This document shows positions 1 through 13,104 of a stretch of DNA of 64,000 nt, piece by piece. Under the pieces are notes generated by a model. That model did not search any database, was not told the origin of the DNA, and saw only the letters and a program-made list of their open reading frames with translations. Numbering within the stretch: position 1 is the stretch's first letter; each line of letters begins with the position of its first letter. A program made the translations under genes and the position numbers. The DNA comes from Felis catus (taxonomy: Eukaryota). The stretch covers positions 221,838,001-221,902,000 of the forward strand of contig NC_058368.1 of the NCBI RefSeq assembly GCF_018350175.1, given 5' to 3'.

Positions 1-179
1 GAATGTTGAAACAGCCTTGAAACTTAAATACATCATACATGTTTGTAGTAAATACGCATCATCCTAATATCAAAACCAAAATTGTCATTAAAATATAAGA
101 AAAATACAAAATCTTAAATAAATGTTAGCATATAAAATTTAATTATACATAAATTATAATAGTCTTTTTTTCCCTTACT

Positions 180-1915
180 TTATGTCGTTTCTCGATTTGA
201 TATTGGGGGTAATGTTGGACTCATAAAATAAATTATGTATTATTACTTCTTCATGTATATTCTGAGAAAAGATTGTGTACAATTGGTATTATTTTTTCCT
301 TAGTTCTTTGATAGAATTCTCTTGTTGTTGTTGTAAGCTTCTTAATTATTAATTTAATTAACTTAATAGATACAGTGTTATCCCAGTTTTTTTCCCTTGT
401 GTGCGTTTGGGTAGTTTGGGTAGAGTACAATTCTGAGAGAGAGGGAAAGACCATATTCACACAATTTCTATTACAGCATATTGTTAAAAATGTTTTTATT
501 TTGGTATTGTTTTTGTTAGTCTCATACTGTGCTTCATTTATAAATTAAACTTTATTACAGGTATGCATATACAGAAAAAAAAACAGTTTTTATAGAGTTT
601 GGAACCATCTGCCGTTTTAGGCATCCCTTGGGGGTCTTAGAACATATCCCCCATGGGAGGGGAGGCTATTGTATCCATTTTACCATTTTGATATCTATGT
701 ATCTGTAGTGATGAACCCCCTCCTCTCCTTTCTGATATTTTCCATTTGTAGCTTCTCACTTTTTTCCCCCTGATTAGTCTGGTTAGAATTTTGTCAATTT
801 TATTGATCTTTTCAAAGAACTAGGCTTGTTTTTTTGTGGGGTGTTTTTATTCTCTATTTCTACTTTTAAATGTCATTGACTTGTGTTCTATTTTGAAAAT
901 TTTGATTCAGTATAATTAACTTACAGAGTTTCATGTGTATAAGGTAGTGATTCAACATTTCTATACATTACTCAGTGCTCAGCACAATAAGTGTACTCTT
1001 AATTCTCATCACCTATTTCATTGATTCTTGTCTTTCACTTATTTTAAGCCTAAATAATATTTTTCCATAGCTCTCTAAGAGAAAGCTTTAGTTTTTTTTT
1101 GGATCATTTCCCTTTCTAATATATACATTTAATATATTTCTCTCTACACACTATTTTCACTATGTCTCTTAAATTTTGATAAGTGGCATTTTTGTTTTCC
1201 TTTAGTCCAAAATATATATTTAATTTTTCCTAAAACGTCTTCAATACATGTGCTACTTACAAATGTTGCTTAACTTCCAAACATCTGAGGATATTTACAT
1301 TTATATTTCTATGACAGATATATTTCAATTACATTGATGTTCAGCTGAGAACATTTTCATGATTAAAAAAAATGATTAATGTGTGTAATACAGATTTTAA
1401 AAAAATGACTGAAGTGTGTATTACAGCCCAGAATGAGGTCTATACTGGTGACTGTTCCATGCGACCTTAGAGTAATGTGTATTTTACTGTATCTGGATGG
1501 AATATTCTATAAATGTCAATTAGAGAGTGTTGATTAATAGTAATGCTGAAGTCATTTATATCTCTACTGATTTTCTTCCTGCTTTATCTAACATTAATGA
1601 AAAATGAAATGCTGAAGTCTCTGATAAAAAGAGTAGATTTTATTCTATTTTTCCTTTAATTTCCATTAGTTTTTGCCTCATGTCCATATTTAGTATTATA
1701 GATTCTCTCAGAGAGTTAACTCTTTTTTCAATGCTGGGTAAATCCCTTCTACGTCTCTGCTAATCTTCTTTGTTTAGAAGTATACTATGTCCAATATTGA
1801 GATAGTTACTCCAGCATTCTTTTGATTAGTATTAGCATGGCATATCTATCCCTATCCCTTTACCATTTCCCTCTTATCATCTTGGTTTAAAGTAGTTTCC
1901 TTGTATATAACAAAA
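180..1915 (-). mobile_element. Old L1 (LINE-1) ORF2-region fragments, antisense, interrupted by a DNA transposon and other pieces
   Basis: T-rich antisense L1 motifs such as 'ttgtcaattttattgatcttttcaaagaac' and 'ccagcattcttttgattagtattagcatgg'; boundaries approximate. Confidence 0.7.
440..673 (+). mobile_element. MER44/Tigger7-like TcMar DNA transposon 3' end
   Basis: 'ttataaattaaactttattacaggtatg...ggcatcccttgggggtcttagaacatatcccc' resembles the recalled MER44 terminus. Confidence 0.65.
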
Positions 1916-1918
1916 ATA

Positions 1919-1920
<2 letters not shown>

Positions 1921-1955
<35 letters not shown>
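1921..1955. repeat. (TG)n microsatellite
   Basis: Direct read. Confidence 0.95.
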
Positions 1956-1957
<2 letters not shown>

Positions 1958-4900
1958 AATCCTCTCTGATAATGGCTAGCCTTTAGTATGTTTAGAACGT
2001 TATCCTGGAGCCCTTACATGTGGTAGGAGGTGTGGAAGACGGGGAATGTTCTATAATCTTTTAATCTCAATGTTTAATGAGACTGTCTCAAGTCTGAGAC
2101 CTTCATCAGTATTTGTTCAGTTTCATAGCTTTTTTTTAGATCACCTGCTCCATGCCTTTCCATGTTTTCCCATCTATTTTTTGAATGTTTTTAATTTGTT
2201 GAATGAAAAAAAATATCCCATGCTGTTATATACTTGCATATATTGTTGCTATCATTTTCTCCATATAAAAATATATAGTTAATATAAGGAACCAAATTTG
2301 CATTTCACTGAAATAAACTAGAATAAAATTTAATGGATGAGACCTTAAGAAAAAAACATTTGAGACATTTAATTCTCATATTTCTCCACATGAATTTTTA
2401 AATGTGATTGCTTATGTGTGTGTGTGTGTGTGTGTGTACCCTTGCATACATACACATCACTCAAAATATTGCGAATGGTATATCTATCATTTCTAAATCA
2501 AACATTTATAACTGTTATATGAATATTTATTCAACTACAACAATATAGCATATCAAGTTACCATTTAGGAAGGTAATGTGAAGATAGTCTTGTTTTTTTT
2601 TTTTTTAAACAAGTCATTAAACTGATGGACACAAAGAATGAGCAGAGAAAAAGTCCAGCCTTTCCTCATTATAGTTTATAATAAGAGTTTATTATAACAT
2701 CCCTTAAATTCTTGAAACAGTGAAAAGGTCATATGCAAAATAAAATGATAAAAATATTTTAGGTTTCCAGCATATGAATGTTCCAGCAGTAGACAGAGAA
2801 ATGGAGAGAAATGTGAAATCATTACCTTAAAAATCTGGTTCATTATGGAATCTGTAAAGTAGCTTGATAAGATAAAGTCACATTCAGAAAGCATATTGCA
2901 GATATACTTAAATCTACTGTTCTTAAAAGGATGTTACATTTTGGCTCAGATCATTTGCTCTCTTACAAATATTACGAATACAAATCAAGTAATATGAGCA
3001 ATTCACAAAGCTTAGGGAAACCTGTAGAAACATCATGTAGTTCTTCAATTAAGAAAACTATTTAGACATTAGTCTAATTATTATTTCCATATGTATATAC
3101 ACTAAAAGAAGATCTGAATAAACATTTAGTGGTAACATAATATGTTTCAGTCACAGCTTTTTGTCTTCATATCTTTCATTTTATCCACACAATCCCTATG
3201 AAATTATTGCCTCTCATTTTATAATGCAAATACAATTTTTCAACCTAATTAAACATACCTGTAGTCAAATTGCTTGTAAGTGACAGTTCTGAGGAGAAAA
3301 GTAAAACCAAGTAACAACAGCAACAAAAACAATGGTTAAAAACCTTCCCAATTTCGTACCTTGCAACGAACTATTTCTACATAAATGTAAAGAAATATAT
3401 ATGCTCTCATGTCTGTTTTTTTTTCAGTATTAAAGATGCTTGACTACTGAAGTAGACCATTCTGTCAAAAGAATTCTAATCTTCGAGAAAATCAGTACAT
3501 TAGAAAGTAGATCTTTTTCCCCCACAGATATCATGTCACACCTAGTAGTTCTTTCAAAAGGAGAATTCATTTTCATCAAATTTTTAGTTATAACATTTGA
3601 ACCTTTTTTTTTTTCACATGTGAAAACTGAGGCACTGGGAAGTCATATAATTTCCCATGGTCTCAAAGCTAATAATTTTCAGAACTCTGATATGGACATT
3701 TGTTAGACTGACTTCGATGGTTAAGCTCTTTCCATATCATTTCTCTGTCTCCCCTTGACATACCTAAGCTTGATAATCCTTTACTTATCTCCAGCCTATT
3801 TCATTTTCCATTCCGTATGGAAGTTGTTTTAAAAATATCTGCTAAGTTCATTTCCAATCACTGCCACACAGCACTTCTCCTCTTACATATCTCTGCAGAA
3901 ATTCAAGCTTCCAACTTTTTTAGAGTGACTATTAATTCTCTTCGTTCCACATATTTTCACTCATTCTTCTTCCCTTATCTCATATATTACAGGCACTATT
4001 TACACAATTTTCAGGAATGCTAATACTACAGTGCCTTGTTTAAATGCATAATCTTTGTGACCTACAAGTGTTCTGGAATTTGAGGAATGAAGTTCCAAAG
4101 AGTACAATTTTGAGGTCAACATACATTTTATAATTCTTTTTCTTATACAAAGTGACTTACTTATCTTTTGTTTTCTTTTGCCTATTATCAAGTTGTCAAG
4201 AATTTCAAGCCACTCTAAGCGATGATAATACACGTTTAGAGTCTCTTGAGTGCCTTCATTGTCATTCATTCATTCTTTCAAAAATATTATTTATGGCGGA
4301 CCTAATTTGCACCACTTAGTAAAAAAGCTACGTGACAAACTTTATACTTACATTTTGTTTTTTATATAATTTATATAGACAAGGACAGATAGGTTATAAC
4401 AACTTTTGAGAAAAAATGTCTTTAATTTTTAGAGGTATTCAGCCCCCCATCATAATTAATATATATCCAATTGTGCATTCTTTACATTACCACATGGTGA
4501 AAAATGAGCCATTAAGACACGCTTTAATGTAACCCTCTTTCTTTTCTGAGCTGTCAGGGTCTGGCCATTATGATTACTTAATAAATGTCACTAGAGCATT
4601 TAAAAATAATTTTGTTCTTGGATTCATAGTAAATTGTTACAGTCTGCACCAGAAAATTGACTGTTGTATAAAATGTTGTATATAACATATAATCATAGTT
4701 GTATAAAATGATGGGCTCACTTATCTAACCAGATGTCAAGTTCATTTTCAAAACAATCTACAGCAGTGTAATAATCTTTTAATTTAACCATTTTATTTTT
4801 ATACGATTCAACATTTCATCCAATTAGTTGGCATCTTTATTTTTGTTATTATTCAAAATTCATTTATCCATACGAGAAATATTTGTTGATGATATACTCT

Positions 4901-4975
4901 GGCTACACACTACACTAAACATTGGAGAAATAAAGTTGTGAGAACATTCACATTCCCTGATTTCTGGGAATTTAA

Positions 4976-5047
4976 ATATATGTATATGTATGTATATATG
5001 TATGCACACATACACACACACACACACATATATATATATTCACACAT

Positions 5048-5087
<40 letters not shown>

Positions 5088-5090
5088 GTA
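4976..5090. repeat. Compound (TA)n/(CA)n microsatellite
   Basis: Direct read. Confidence 0.9.
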
Positions 5091-5752
5091 TGCATCAAAT
5101 AACTATATAAAACTGGCACTCCTCTAAGTTTGGAGACTTCAGAAAGGGAGATTATCTATACTTTATTTTCATGATAACTTGATCAATTGCACATTTTCCT
5201 CTATGCATAGGACAACTGCTTAGAATACCTAAGAGGTAAATTTTAAGCATCATGCAATACAATCATTGTTTATGAATCATATCATTGTATAATTAATGGG
5301 TTCCAATTTCAGTTAATTTTTTCAGCCATGAACTTTTTTCTTTCTTTCCATTATTTGCTTATTACATATATATTTTGGTAACCCTTCCATTCGGAATATA
5401 GTATACATAATATCAACTCATTACATCCATTAATGAAAAAGAAATCAAATTTAGAAAGACAAATAAAACAACCGTCTGATAACTGCCTTCATCCTTAGAT
5501 CCAAACTTTAACAGATTGGACAAATAGCAAACAAAGCAGTGGATTTTGACAAGAATATCTGAACAGGAAATTACGAGACTACCCTACGAAGAGGGTTTGA
5601 TATCTGATAGCCCCTCAGTTCTTCCGAGCATCTCCGCACTTTCCCTTTCCTTGTGTTTTGAGAAATTGCCCAAGAAATTTTATAGTGGTAATATTTTTGA
5701 TAAAAATATATTTTTTGTTCAATGAAATTTTGAATTTTAAAAAGTTGATAGA

Positions 5753-5953
5753 AGGGTGCCTGGGTGGCTCCTTGGCTGAGCATTTGACTTCCACTCAAGT
5801 CATGATCTCATGGTTCATGAGTTGCAGCTCTGCATTGGATTTACTGGTGTCAAAGTCGAGCACGCTTTGGATCCTCTGCCCCACCCCCCACCTCCCCGTC
5901 TGTCCCTCCCTGACTCTCTCTCTCTCAAAAATAAATAAAATTTTTTTTAAAAA
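5753..5953 (+). mobile_element. Can-SINE (older copy)
   Basis: gggtgcctgggtggctc head, CT-rich tract, aataaa/A tail. Confidence 0.9.
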
Positions 5954-6139
5954 GGTAGGTAGAAGCACCTGTTCAGCTTAAGACAAAGTAATCAACTTTT
6001 AGTTATAGAATTGCAGGTACCAGTATGCTGGGTGTGTTGAAGAGATGAAAAATTTTTCCATAATAGTAAGAAAGGATTTCCCGGATCCCTGGTATGTGAT
6101 AAAAAGCACTATTACTGACTCTGTATGAAATGTCTATAA

Positions 6140-6610
6140 TGGATAAATCTGGGGAATTGTAACAGTAATGACACCCACTGACATATGCATCCTTAGATCC
6201 ACACCCTGGACATTGTCTGGGTGTGACTCACATGTCTTATGTGACATAATGTCACCATTTGGAAGTTTAAAATGTAATGTAATCTGGGACTTGAAGAGTA
6301 CTTAAACATTGGGACATACCGTTTTTTCTTGTTGCCTTTTGAATTGGTCACCATACGAAGATGCTTGGGTTGGTCCCCTGAAAACATGTGACCAGTAGCA
6401 AAATCACCAGTTTTATAAGAAAGACTGTCATGACCACCTAGTTCAAGTTGAGTCTTCTGAAATTGCAGTCTCATGAGTGACTGCAGGAAACCATTTGAAG
6501 AACCACACAGCTGTGCCCAGGCCAAATTGCTGACCCACAGAATTGTGAGGAAATAAAATGTTATAAGCCACTACATTTTACAGGAGTTTGTTATGTAGCA
6601 ATGTATTGCA
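6140..6610 (+). mobile_element. MaLR (MLT1-type) LTR
   Basis: 3' end 'ctgacccacagaattgtgaggaaataaa...aagccacta...tttgttatgtagcaat'; 5' boundary uncertain. Confidence 0.65.
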
Positions 6611-7069
6611 AAGATTTGCATTTAGATAGATTGAGTCACAAGTTCAATGTGACTAGCGTGGGATAAATGTTATATTAAATAGCATCTGCCCATCACTTTA
6701 TATGTAACACGTTTTCACGGTAATTGTTTTATTTGGCCCATGACCTTCTAAATTCTTATTGTGTTTTGTTGGTGGTGTTCATTTGTTTCCTGCCACAACA
6801 TAGTCCTAAATAACTAAATACAGTGTATCACAAAGATAGAAAAAGTACTAAGGGACCACTCAGCAGAATCAAAGATATGTGCTAGGCTTCAATAAAATAA
6901 ACACATTTATCATTTTTGGCAGTAATTAGAAATCCTTTTGGCAAATCATTTGAATTATTTGTAGGATGGTGTTTGAGTTCATTGTAATAAAAAAACTAGA
7001 TGTTTTAATATACAGACTAAAAGTATTTACATATGTCAACACTCAGATATTTGATAATAGCTCTTAGCT

Positions 7070-7545
7070 CTTGTGGTATGCTGAAAAACGTTCCCCCCAA
7101 GGTATTCCTAGACTAATCTCTGGCAGCTGTGAATATTATCTTATTTGTAAAAAAAAATTTGCAGATACGATTAAGCTAAGGATCTGGAGATGGGGGGCTG
7201 CCCTTAAATGCATTGACATGTCTCCTCATAAAAGGCAGGCAGTTGCAGATCTGAAAAACACAGAGGAGGAGGCTATCTGCAGGCTGGCTATTTGAAGATG
7301 CCAGCCTTAAAGATTAGAATGATATGGCACAGGCAAAGAAATCAGGAAGCAACCAGCATTGAGAAGATGAAAGGAACAAGTTCTCTTCTAGAGTCTCTAG
7401 ACTAGAGGGAGTGCCTAGACCTTAATTTTGGCCAAGGGAAATTAATTTTAGACGTCTGAACTCAATAACTATGAACAGAAATTTCAGTTGTTTAAATCTA
7501 CCAAATTTGGATAATTTGTTACAGCAGCTATGGAAAACTAGCAGA
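7070..7545 (+). mobile_element. MaLR (MLT1C/D-like) LTR
   Basis: 'tttgcagatacgattaagctaaggatctggagatggg' and 3' 'aatttgttacagcagctatggaaaacta'. Confidence 0.8.
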
Positions 7546-8316
7546 GTTATGTTCTATTAAAATAATTAATCAAACTCTGAATTATCTTTCAAATTTACAT
7601 AAAAAATTTCCAAAATGGATTCAACCAATGATTCGTTAAGGTAAGTAAACAACAGCTTGTGAACATAAAATGTTAATAACCTGGATTATTCACTATTGTT
7701 TTAGTGTATATATAGAAAATGTATGTGAATGTCTTAGGTTCCCTTTCAATGCCTATCAGTAATAATAAATTCTGAGTAGGAGACACATTTAGGTGGTGAG
7801 TTCAGTGTGAGATGAATTATAACCACAATATTAGTACTATAGATTTTCAAAAGTATTTTCAGTGTATGGGAAGCAAAAATCAACTGGAAATCTTTCATCG
7901 AGAAATATTTTATTTACGTTTGGAAAATTTACTATGGCTGGTAAAAGGAAAGTATTCTATAAGCAAAGAGTGGAATCAGGGAATATAATCAGGAGATTGT
8001 TATTTTAGACCAGGTAAGGATGATATTACATTTAATGGATATACCATGAATAGTATTTGTCTCCAGTTGTTGAAAACTTGGGTGATTTCTGGCTTGGGGC
8101 TATTAATAAAGCTGCTATGAACACTACTTAAAACCTATTGGGTTCTCTGTTTTCATTTGTCTTGGGTTAATCAATAGAAATGGTAAATCATAGGGTAAGC
8201 ACTTTTTTAATTTTATAAGAAACTGTCAAACAAATTTCCCAACGATTATACTACTTTACATTCCTAATACTCCTTCCCTTCTTTATCTGAGATTTCATTA
8301 AAAAAGCATAATAGCT

Positions 8317-8532
8317 GGGGCGCCTGGGTGGCTCCGTCAGTTAAGCATCCGACTTCGGCTCAGGTCATGATCTCACAGTTTGTGAGTTCGAGCCCTGCGT
8401 CGGGCTCTGTGCTGACAGCTCAGAGCCTGGAGCCTGTTTCACATTCTGTGTCTCCTTCTTTCCCTGCCCCTCCCCTGCTCATGCTCTGTCTCTCTCTGTC
8501 TCAAAAATAAATAAACATTAAAAAATTTTTTT
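8317..8532 (+). mobile_element. Can-SINE (felid type)
   Basis: Full head, CT tract and tail; TSD aaaaaagcataatagc at 8300-8315 and 8533-8548. Confidence 0.97.
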
Positions 8533-8796
8533 AAAAAAGCATAATAGCCATATTTTTGTCCCACAGTTCATAAAAGTTTATTATTATTATTTCCACTTTC
8601 AACAGTTTTTCTTTCTGTACATCAGTTTGGAAGATTAACTCTTTATCTGACTTCAAGTTTATTGATATTAATATTTTTAGTTTTTTAGTGTTTGTTTAAC
8701 CCACTGTGTTTGAAGTTTTCTTCAGGGCCTATATCTGCTCTCAAGAAATTTCAGTAAACTTATAAATTTTTCAGGAAATTAAATTATTCGCTGGGA

Positions 8797-9015
8797 GGGG
8801 CGCCTGGGTGGCGCAGTCGGTTAAGCGTCCGACTTCAGCCAGGTCACGATCTCGCGGTCCGTGAGTTCGAGCCCCGCGTCAGGCTCTGGGCTGATGGCTC
8901 AGAGCCTGGAGCCTGTTTCCGATTCTGTGTCTCCCTCTCTCTCTGCCCCTCCCCCGTTCATGCTCTGTCTCTCTCTGTCCCAAAAATAAATAAACGTTGA
9001 AAAAAAAATTAAAAA
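8797..9015 (+). mobile_element. Young SINEC_Fc-type SINE
   Basis: CpG-rich, near-consensus 'ggggcgcctgggtggcgcagtcggttaagcgtccgacttcagccaggtcacg'; perfect TSD aaattattcgctggga at 8781-8796 and 9016-9031. Confidence 0.97.
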
Positions 9016-10472
9016 AAATTATTCGCTGGGAATTTCACTTATTCCTAGTTTCCATTTCCCAATTGAATTATTCTATTTTTATTTTTTTATATTTAAAAAA
9101 AAATTAAAACCTGATCACATTTTAATGTGATAGCTTTTTTTATGCTAATTGCACCATATTTGTCATTTCTGGACCTTTCCCTATTGCCTGGTCTATCTCC
9201 TGGTTATAAATCAAATTTTCCTGCATTTTTAAAACTTGGTTATTCTGATTATCTGCTGAAGTTAATGGATATTACATTTTTATGTCTAGATTTTGTAGTC
9301 TTCTTTAATAGAATATTGAGTTTTATCACATTATTCATTTAATATATTTGCAGACATCACATATTTTTGATGCTCATATTTAGACTCTTAGGACAGGCAT
9401 ATTGCCTTTACTTCAAGACTAGAATAGTATACTTCTAAAAACCCATGTTATTTCAGCGGTCTCTACTGAATACCTATGGTTTCCTAAGTGTCTCTTAATT
9501 CTGACTGCATAGAACTCAAATATTTCTTTTTTTTTTGAATTCAAATATTTTTTAGCCTTATATGAGTTCCACTGGTTGTACAGTTGAAAGTTACCCAATA
9601 ATATTCCCTGGCGTAGTTTTATAAAGCCTTAACTGTGTGCACACTGTTTTGTGTTGTGGTAAAGGCTGAATGGGACTCTTTTTCAGATTCCTGGAAATCT
9701 TTCTCTCTCAACTACCTTTTATTTGGTACTCTGACACAAATTTCCCTTTATTTCAATTCTCCGGCTTTTTAATGCCTTCTTACTGTGTTCTGCTCCCCAA
9801 AAGTGCCTCTAAGCAGAAAACCTGGATGATTCAGGAGTCTACTTCATTTTGTTTTCCTCCCACAGGGAACATAGGCTTACTTCCTTTTTTTCCCCCCTTC
9901 TGTCTGAAAATAGTAATTTCTCACATTTTATCTTGTTTATAGTGGTTTATGGAGGAGGAGGAGGAGGGCTCATCTGTGCCAGTTATTCTACTGTGGCTGA
10001 AACAGCAAGTCTCTGAAATAATATTTTTGAACAAGTAACAAAGAATGGATCCTGTGCATGGGGAAGGGGTTAGCCTTAAATAGGATCCAGAAAGACTAAT
10101 CCAGAAGTTTTGAACACTTACAAAACCCAGCATGCGATATTTTCTTATAATCCTCCTCTCCTTTCTTTTTCTGTTTTGTTTTGTTTTGTTTTGTGTTGTT
10201 TTGGGGGATGGGATGGGTCATCTACTGTTCCATGCCACAAGCCTTCTGACAGCAGCACTAACTTCCTACCTTTTTTGCCTTCCCTTTCAGATCCAGTATC
10301 TAATTGTGTAGATATATATGTTCTTAATCTACCTGCCACTTTCTTTGCTTTTCATTGCAACTGTATGAGCACAGGCTGTCATTACATCTTGACTAGATAA
10401 TATATAATAAACTCTAACATTTTCACTTGCTTTAATATTCTACTAACAAAAGTAATGACATTAACACAATAT

Positions 10473-11035
10473 ATTAGTCTGCCCAGGCTGCCATAACAAA
10501 ATACCACAGACTGGGTGGCTTAAACAACAGAAAATCCTTTTTTTCACAGTTCTGGAGGCAACGAGTCCAGTCAGGTTAGTTCTTGGTGGAGGCAAGTTTC
10601 CTCATTTATTGTTCTAGTTCTAGCCTTACATGGCCTTTCCTCAACACCTGTATGGACAGGACAGTGGGGGTGTGGGAAAAGCCAGTTTTTGGTATGCCAT
10701 TTTCTATAGAGACTAATCCATAAGATCAGGGCCCCTTTAATTTTTTTTAACGTTTATTTATTCTTGAGAGAGAGAGAGAGAGAGAGCAGGGGAGAGGCAG
10801 AGAGAGAGGGAGACAGAATCCCAAGCAGGCTCCAGGCTCTGAGCTGTAAGCACAGAGCCTGATGCAGGGCTTGAACTCATGAGCAGTGAGATCATGATAT
10901 GAGCAAAGTGGGAAACTTAACCCACTGAGTCACCCAGGTGTCCCTAGTGCCCTACTTGAAGATCTAAGTAGCTAACTGGGGTTAGGTCGTCAACATATGA
11001 ATAGGGGGGTAGGCCCAATCAGTCCTTAATAGACT
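10473..11035 (-). mobile_element. MaLR (MLT1A/B-like) LTR interrupted by a SINE
   Basis: 'gctgccataacaaaataccacagactgggtggcttaaacaacagaaa' is the antisense MLT1 3' end. Confidence 0.8.
10737..10944 (-). mobile_element. Can-SINE
   Basis: T-tract, (GA)n, antisense head ending cacccaggtgtccc. Confidence 0.92.
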
Positions 11036-12732
11036 ACTACTAAAATTAAATTTATAACACCATTAAAAATATCAATTTAAAACTAATATTAAATATTAAG
11101 ACTTTCAACAATGGCTGTATATATGAAAAGCAAAACCCAAAGTTTCTTCCAATCTGTTCTATGATATTCCTTTACAGTTTAATTTACTGATTGGTAGCCT
11201 AACAAATCATTTCTTCCTACAGATTTGGGACATGATACGATACTTTTATTTTGCAAATCCAACTGGTAGACATGCACATACACAGATAGATATAAGGATA
11301 CATAATATAAAATCTTAGATATATTAGTTATATACATTAGATACCAAATATGTAATTTCTGTGTCTCTATATATCATTACCAGAATAATAAACTGATTAG
11401 GCTCTAACTTTCAGATAACATTGGGAGAGGTAGAAATTAAATTATCTTTCCATGTTTACAAAGTAAAGCCTTATAAATTGACATTCATAATCAGAATTAT
11501 TTCTGCATGTTTCTTGTTACCTGAACTCTGTGATAGATTATTACTAACTGAATGTGATGGACATCATCTGAGTTCTACATAATTTATCATTGCCTAAAAA
11601 TTCAAGGGCATAAGAGAGGAAGGTGCTGAGAATACGAAAATCAGGCGTGTGCTTATCTGGCATGGGTCTCATTTTACGACCACAGGAAACATTTTATAAA
11701 ACCAGAAGTATATAGAATTTTGTCAATAAAAATTTATAAAATAGAGAAAGAAAAACATTAAGGGACTTAGAACAGTATCTCAAGGAATATATTGAATTCT
11801 AACCATTAGTTTAAGAAACTATGAAACTAGAAAAAAGTACAGAGATTGATAATGAATGTATTGTAGCTACAAATTTTATTTTAATTCCCATGTAATGTAT
11901 TAGAATAACGACAGCTGAGGAGTTAAGGAAACAATCATGATTAATCGCAACAATTTATTCAAGAAGTCATAAATTTCATAGATAACTTCGTATTTCATAA
12001 TTTTACATTTCCACTGAGATTATTTGTGATACTTATAAAATCACATGCTATGTATATAGATCTTGATATATTTTATGAAGTGGTAATAATGTGATTTACA
12101 CAGGTGGGAGTATGGACCCCCCAATACATGTATTATCTGAACTATATATCATATACAGAAAGAGAGAATGCAATGGTTAATAAATGCAACTGAGGCTAAT
12201 TAAATGTGTTCTTCGCACAAAAAAAACCCTGATTCTGAAACTATCATTTATTCTCTTTAAAATACTGATATATTATTTAGCTGAGAGCATTATATAAATT
12301 TTAACACTTTACAAACTAATAATAATATTACATTAACATGTTTTAAATTTTGATCATTATTTGCAAATGCTGTTTGTCGTTTTCTCCTTATTCACCATCA
12401 AGTTATTAAAAGCAAGTCAGCAGGGCGGCGGCTGCCTGCGGCTGGGGGCGGAGTCTCAGGAGCCAGGGTCCCCGGGCTGTGCTGAACGCGTAACGTGCAG
12501 AACTGCTTAGAGATGTCATAACCATCTTTTCATGGCAATGATCTCTGCATCTCCATTTTCCAGTGGGGAAACTGAGGCCCACTGAGGTCCAGGAAGAGCC
12601 AAGATTCACCCCCTGGTCTGTGTGACCACACCTGCCTGCCTGGTGATTTGGGGAAACCAAGCCAGCTGTCAAGTGCATGCCTCTGTGCCCTTGGGGTGCC
12701 ACCACCAGGGACAGCAGGCCTGATGGGGTTGG

Positions 12733-13104
12733 TGTTATGGAACCTGGTCTGGATCTCCCAGTGGAAGAACCAAGTGGCACTCGGAGATCTTGGAAGGCAG
12801 GAGGTTTATTTTACCTCGTTGGGCTCAGAGGAGATCAGTCTCCAGAGGTCTGAGTCCTGAGCATAAGCAGAGGGGACAATTTATTATTTATTATTATTTT
12901 TATTTATTTATTTATTATTTAATATTTATTTTTATTTTATTATTTATTATTATTTATTATTATGATTTTACTTCCGCATTAGTAGTAAATTGGCACCCTC
13001 ACAAGAGAGGTGGGAAGAAAAACCCAGAAAGGGAGTCTTGGAGCAGGGACTGGGATTCCCCTATCAGTCCTATGGACCATCTTACAACAGATTTTTCCCT
13101 CTCA
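12733..13104 (-). mobile_element. Solo LTR (ERV1-like) inserted into the first coding exon of the TYK2 retrocopy
   Basis: TG...CA termini; 4-bp TSD with one mismatch (ttgg 12729-12732, atgg 13105-13108); minus-strand AATAAA at 12805-12810; TYK2 similarity stops and resumes at the flanks. Confidence 0.75.
12878..12970. repeat. Degenerate (TTA)n/(TTTA)n tract inside the solo LTR
   Basis: Direct read. Confidence 0.9.

Noticed and set aside
8328..8510. Recurrent 'AQVMISQFVSSSP...LTAQSLEP' ORFs across the window
   Set aside because: Translations of Can-SINEs, not a gene family
8797..8880. tRNA genes
   Set aside because: The A/B-box heads belong to tRNA-derived SINEs with CT tracts, tails and TSDs
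12733..13104. Retained TYK2 intron
   Set aside because: It interrupts the middle of what I recall as a single exon and has LTR-like termini, a TSD and an antisense poly(A) signal
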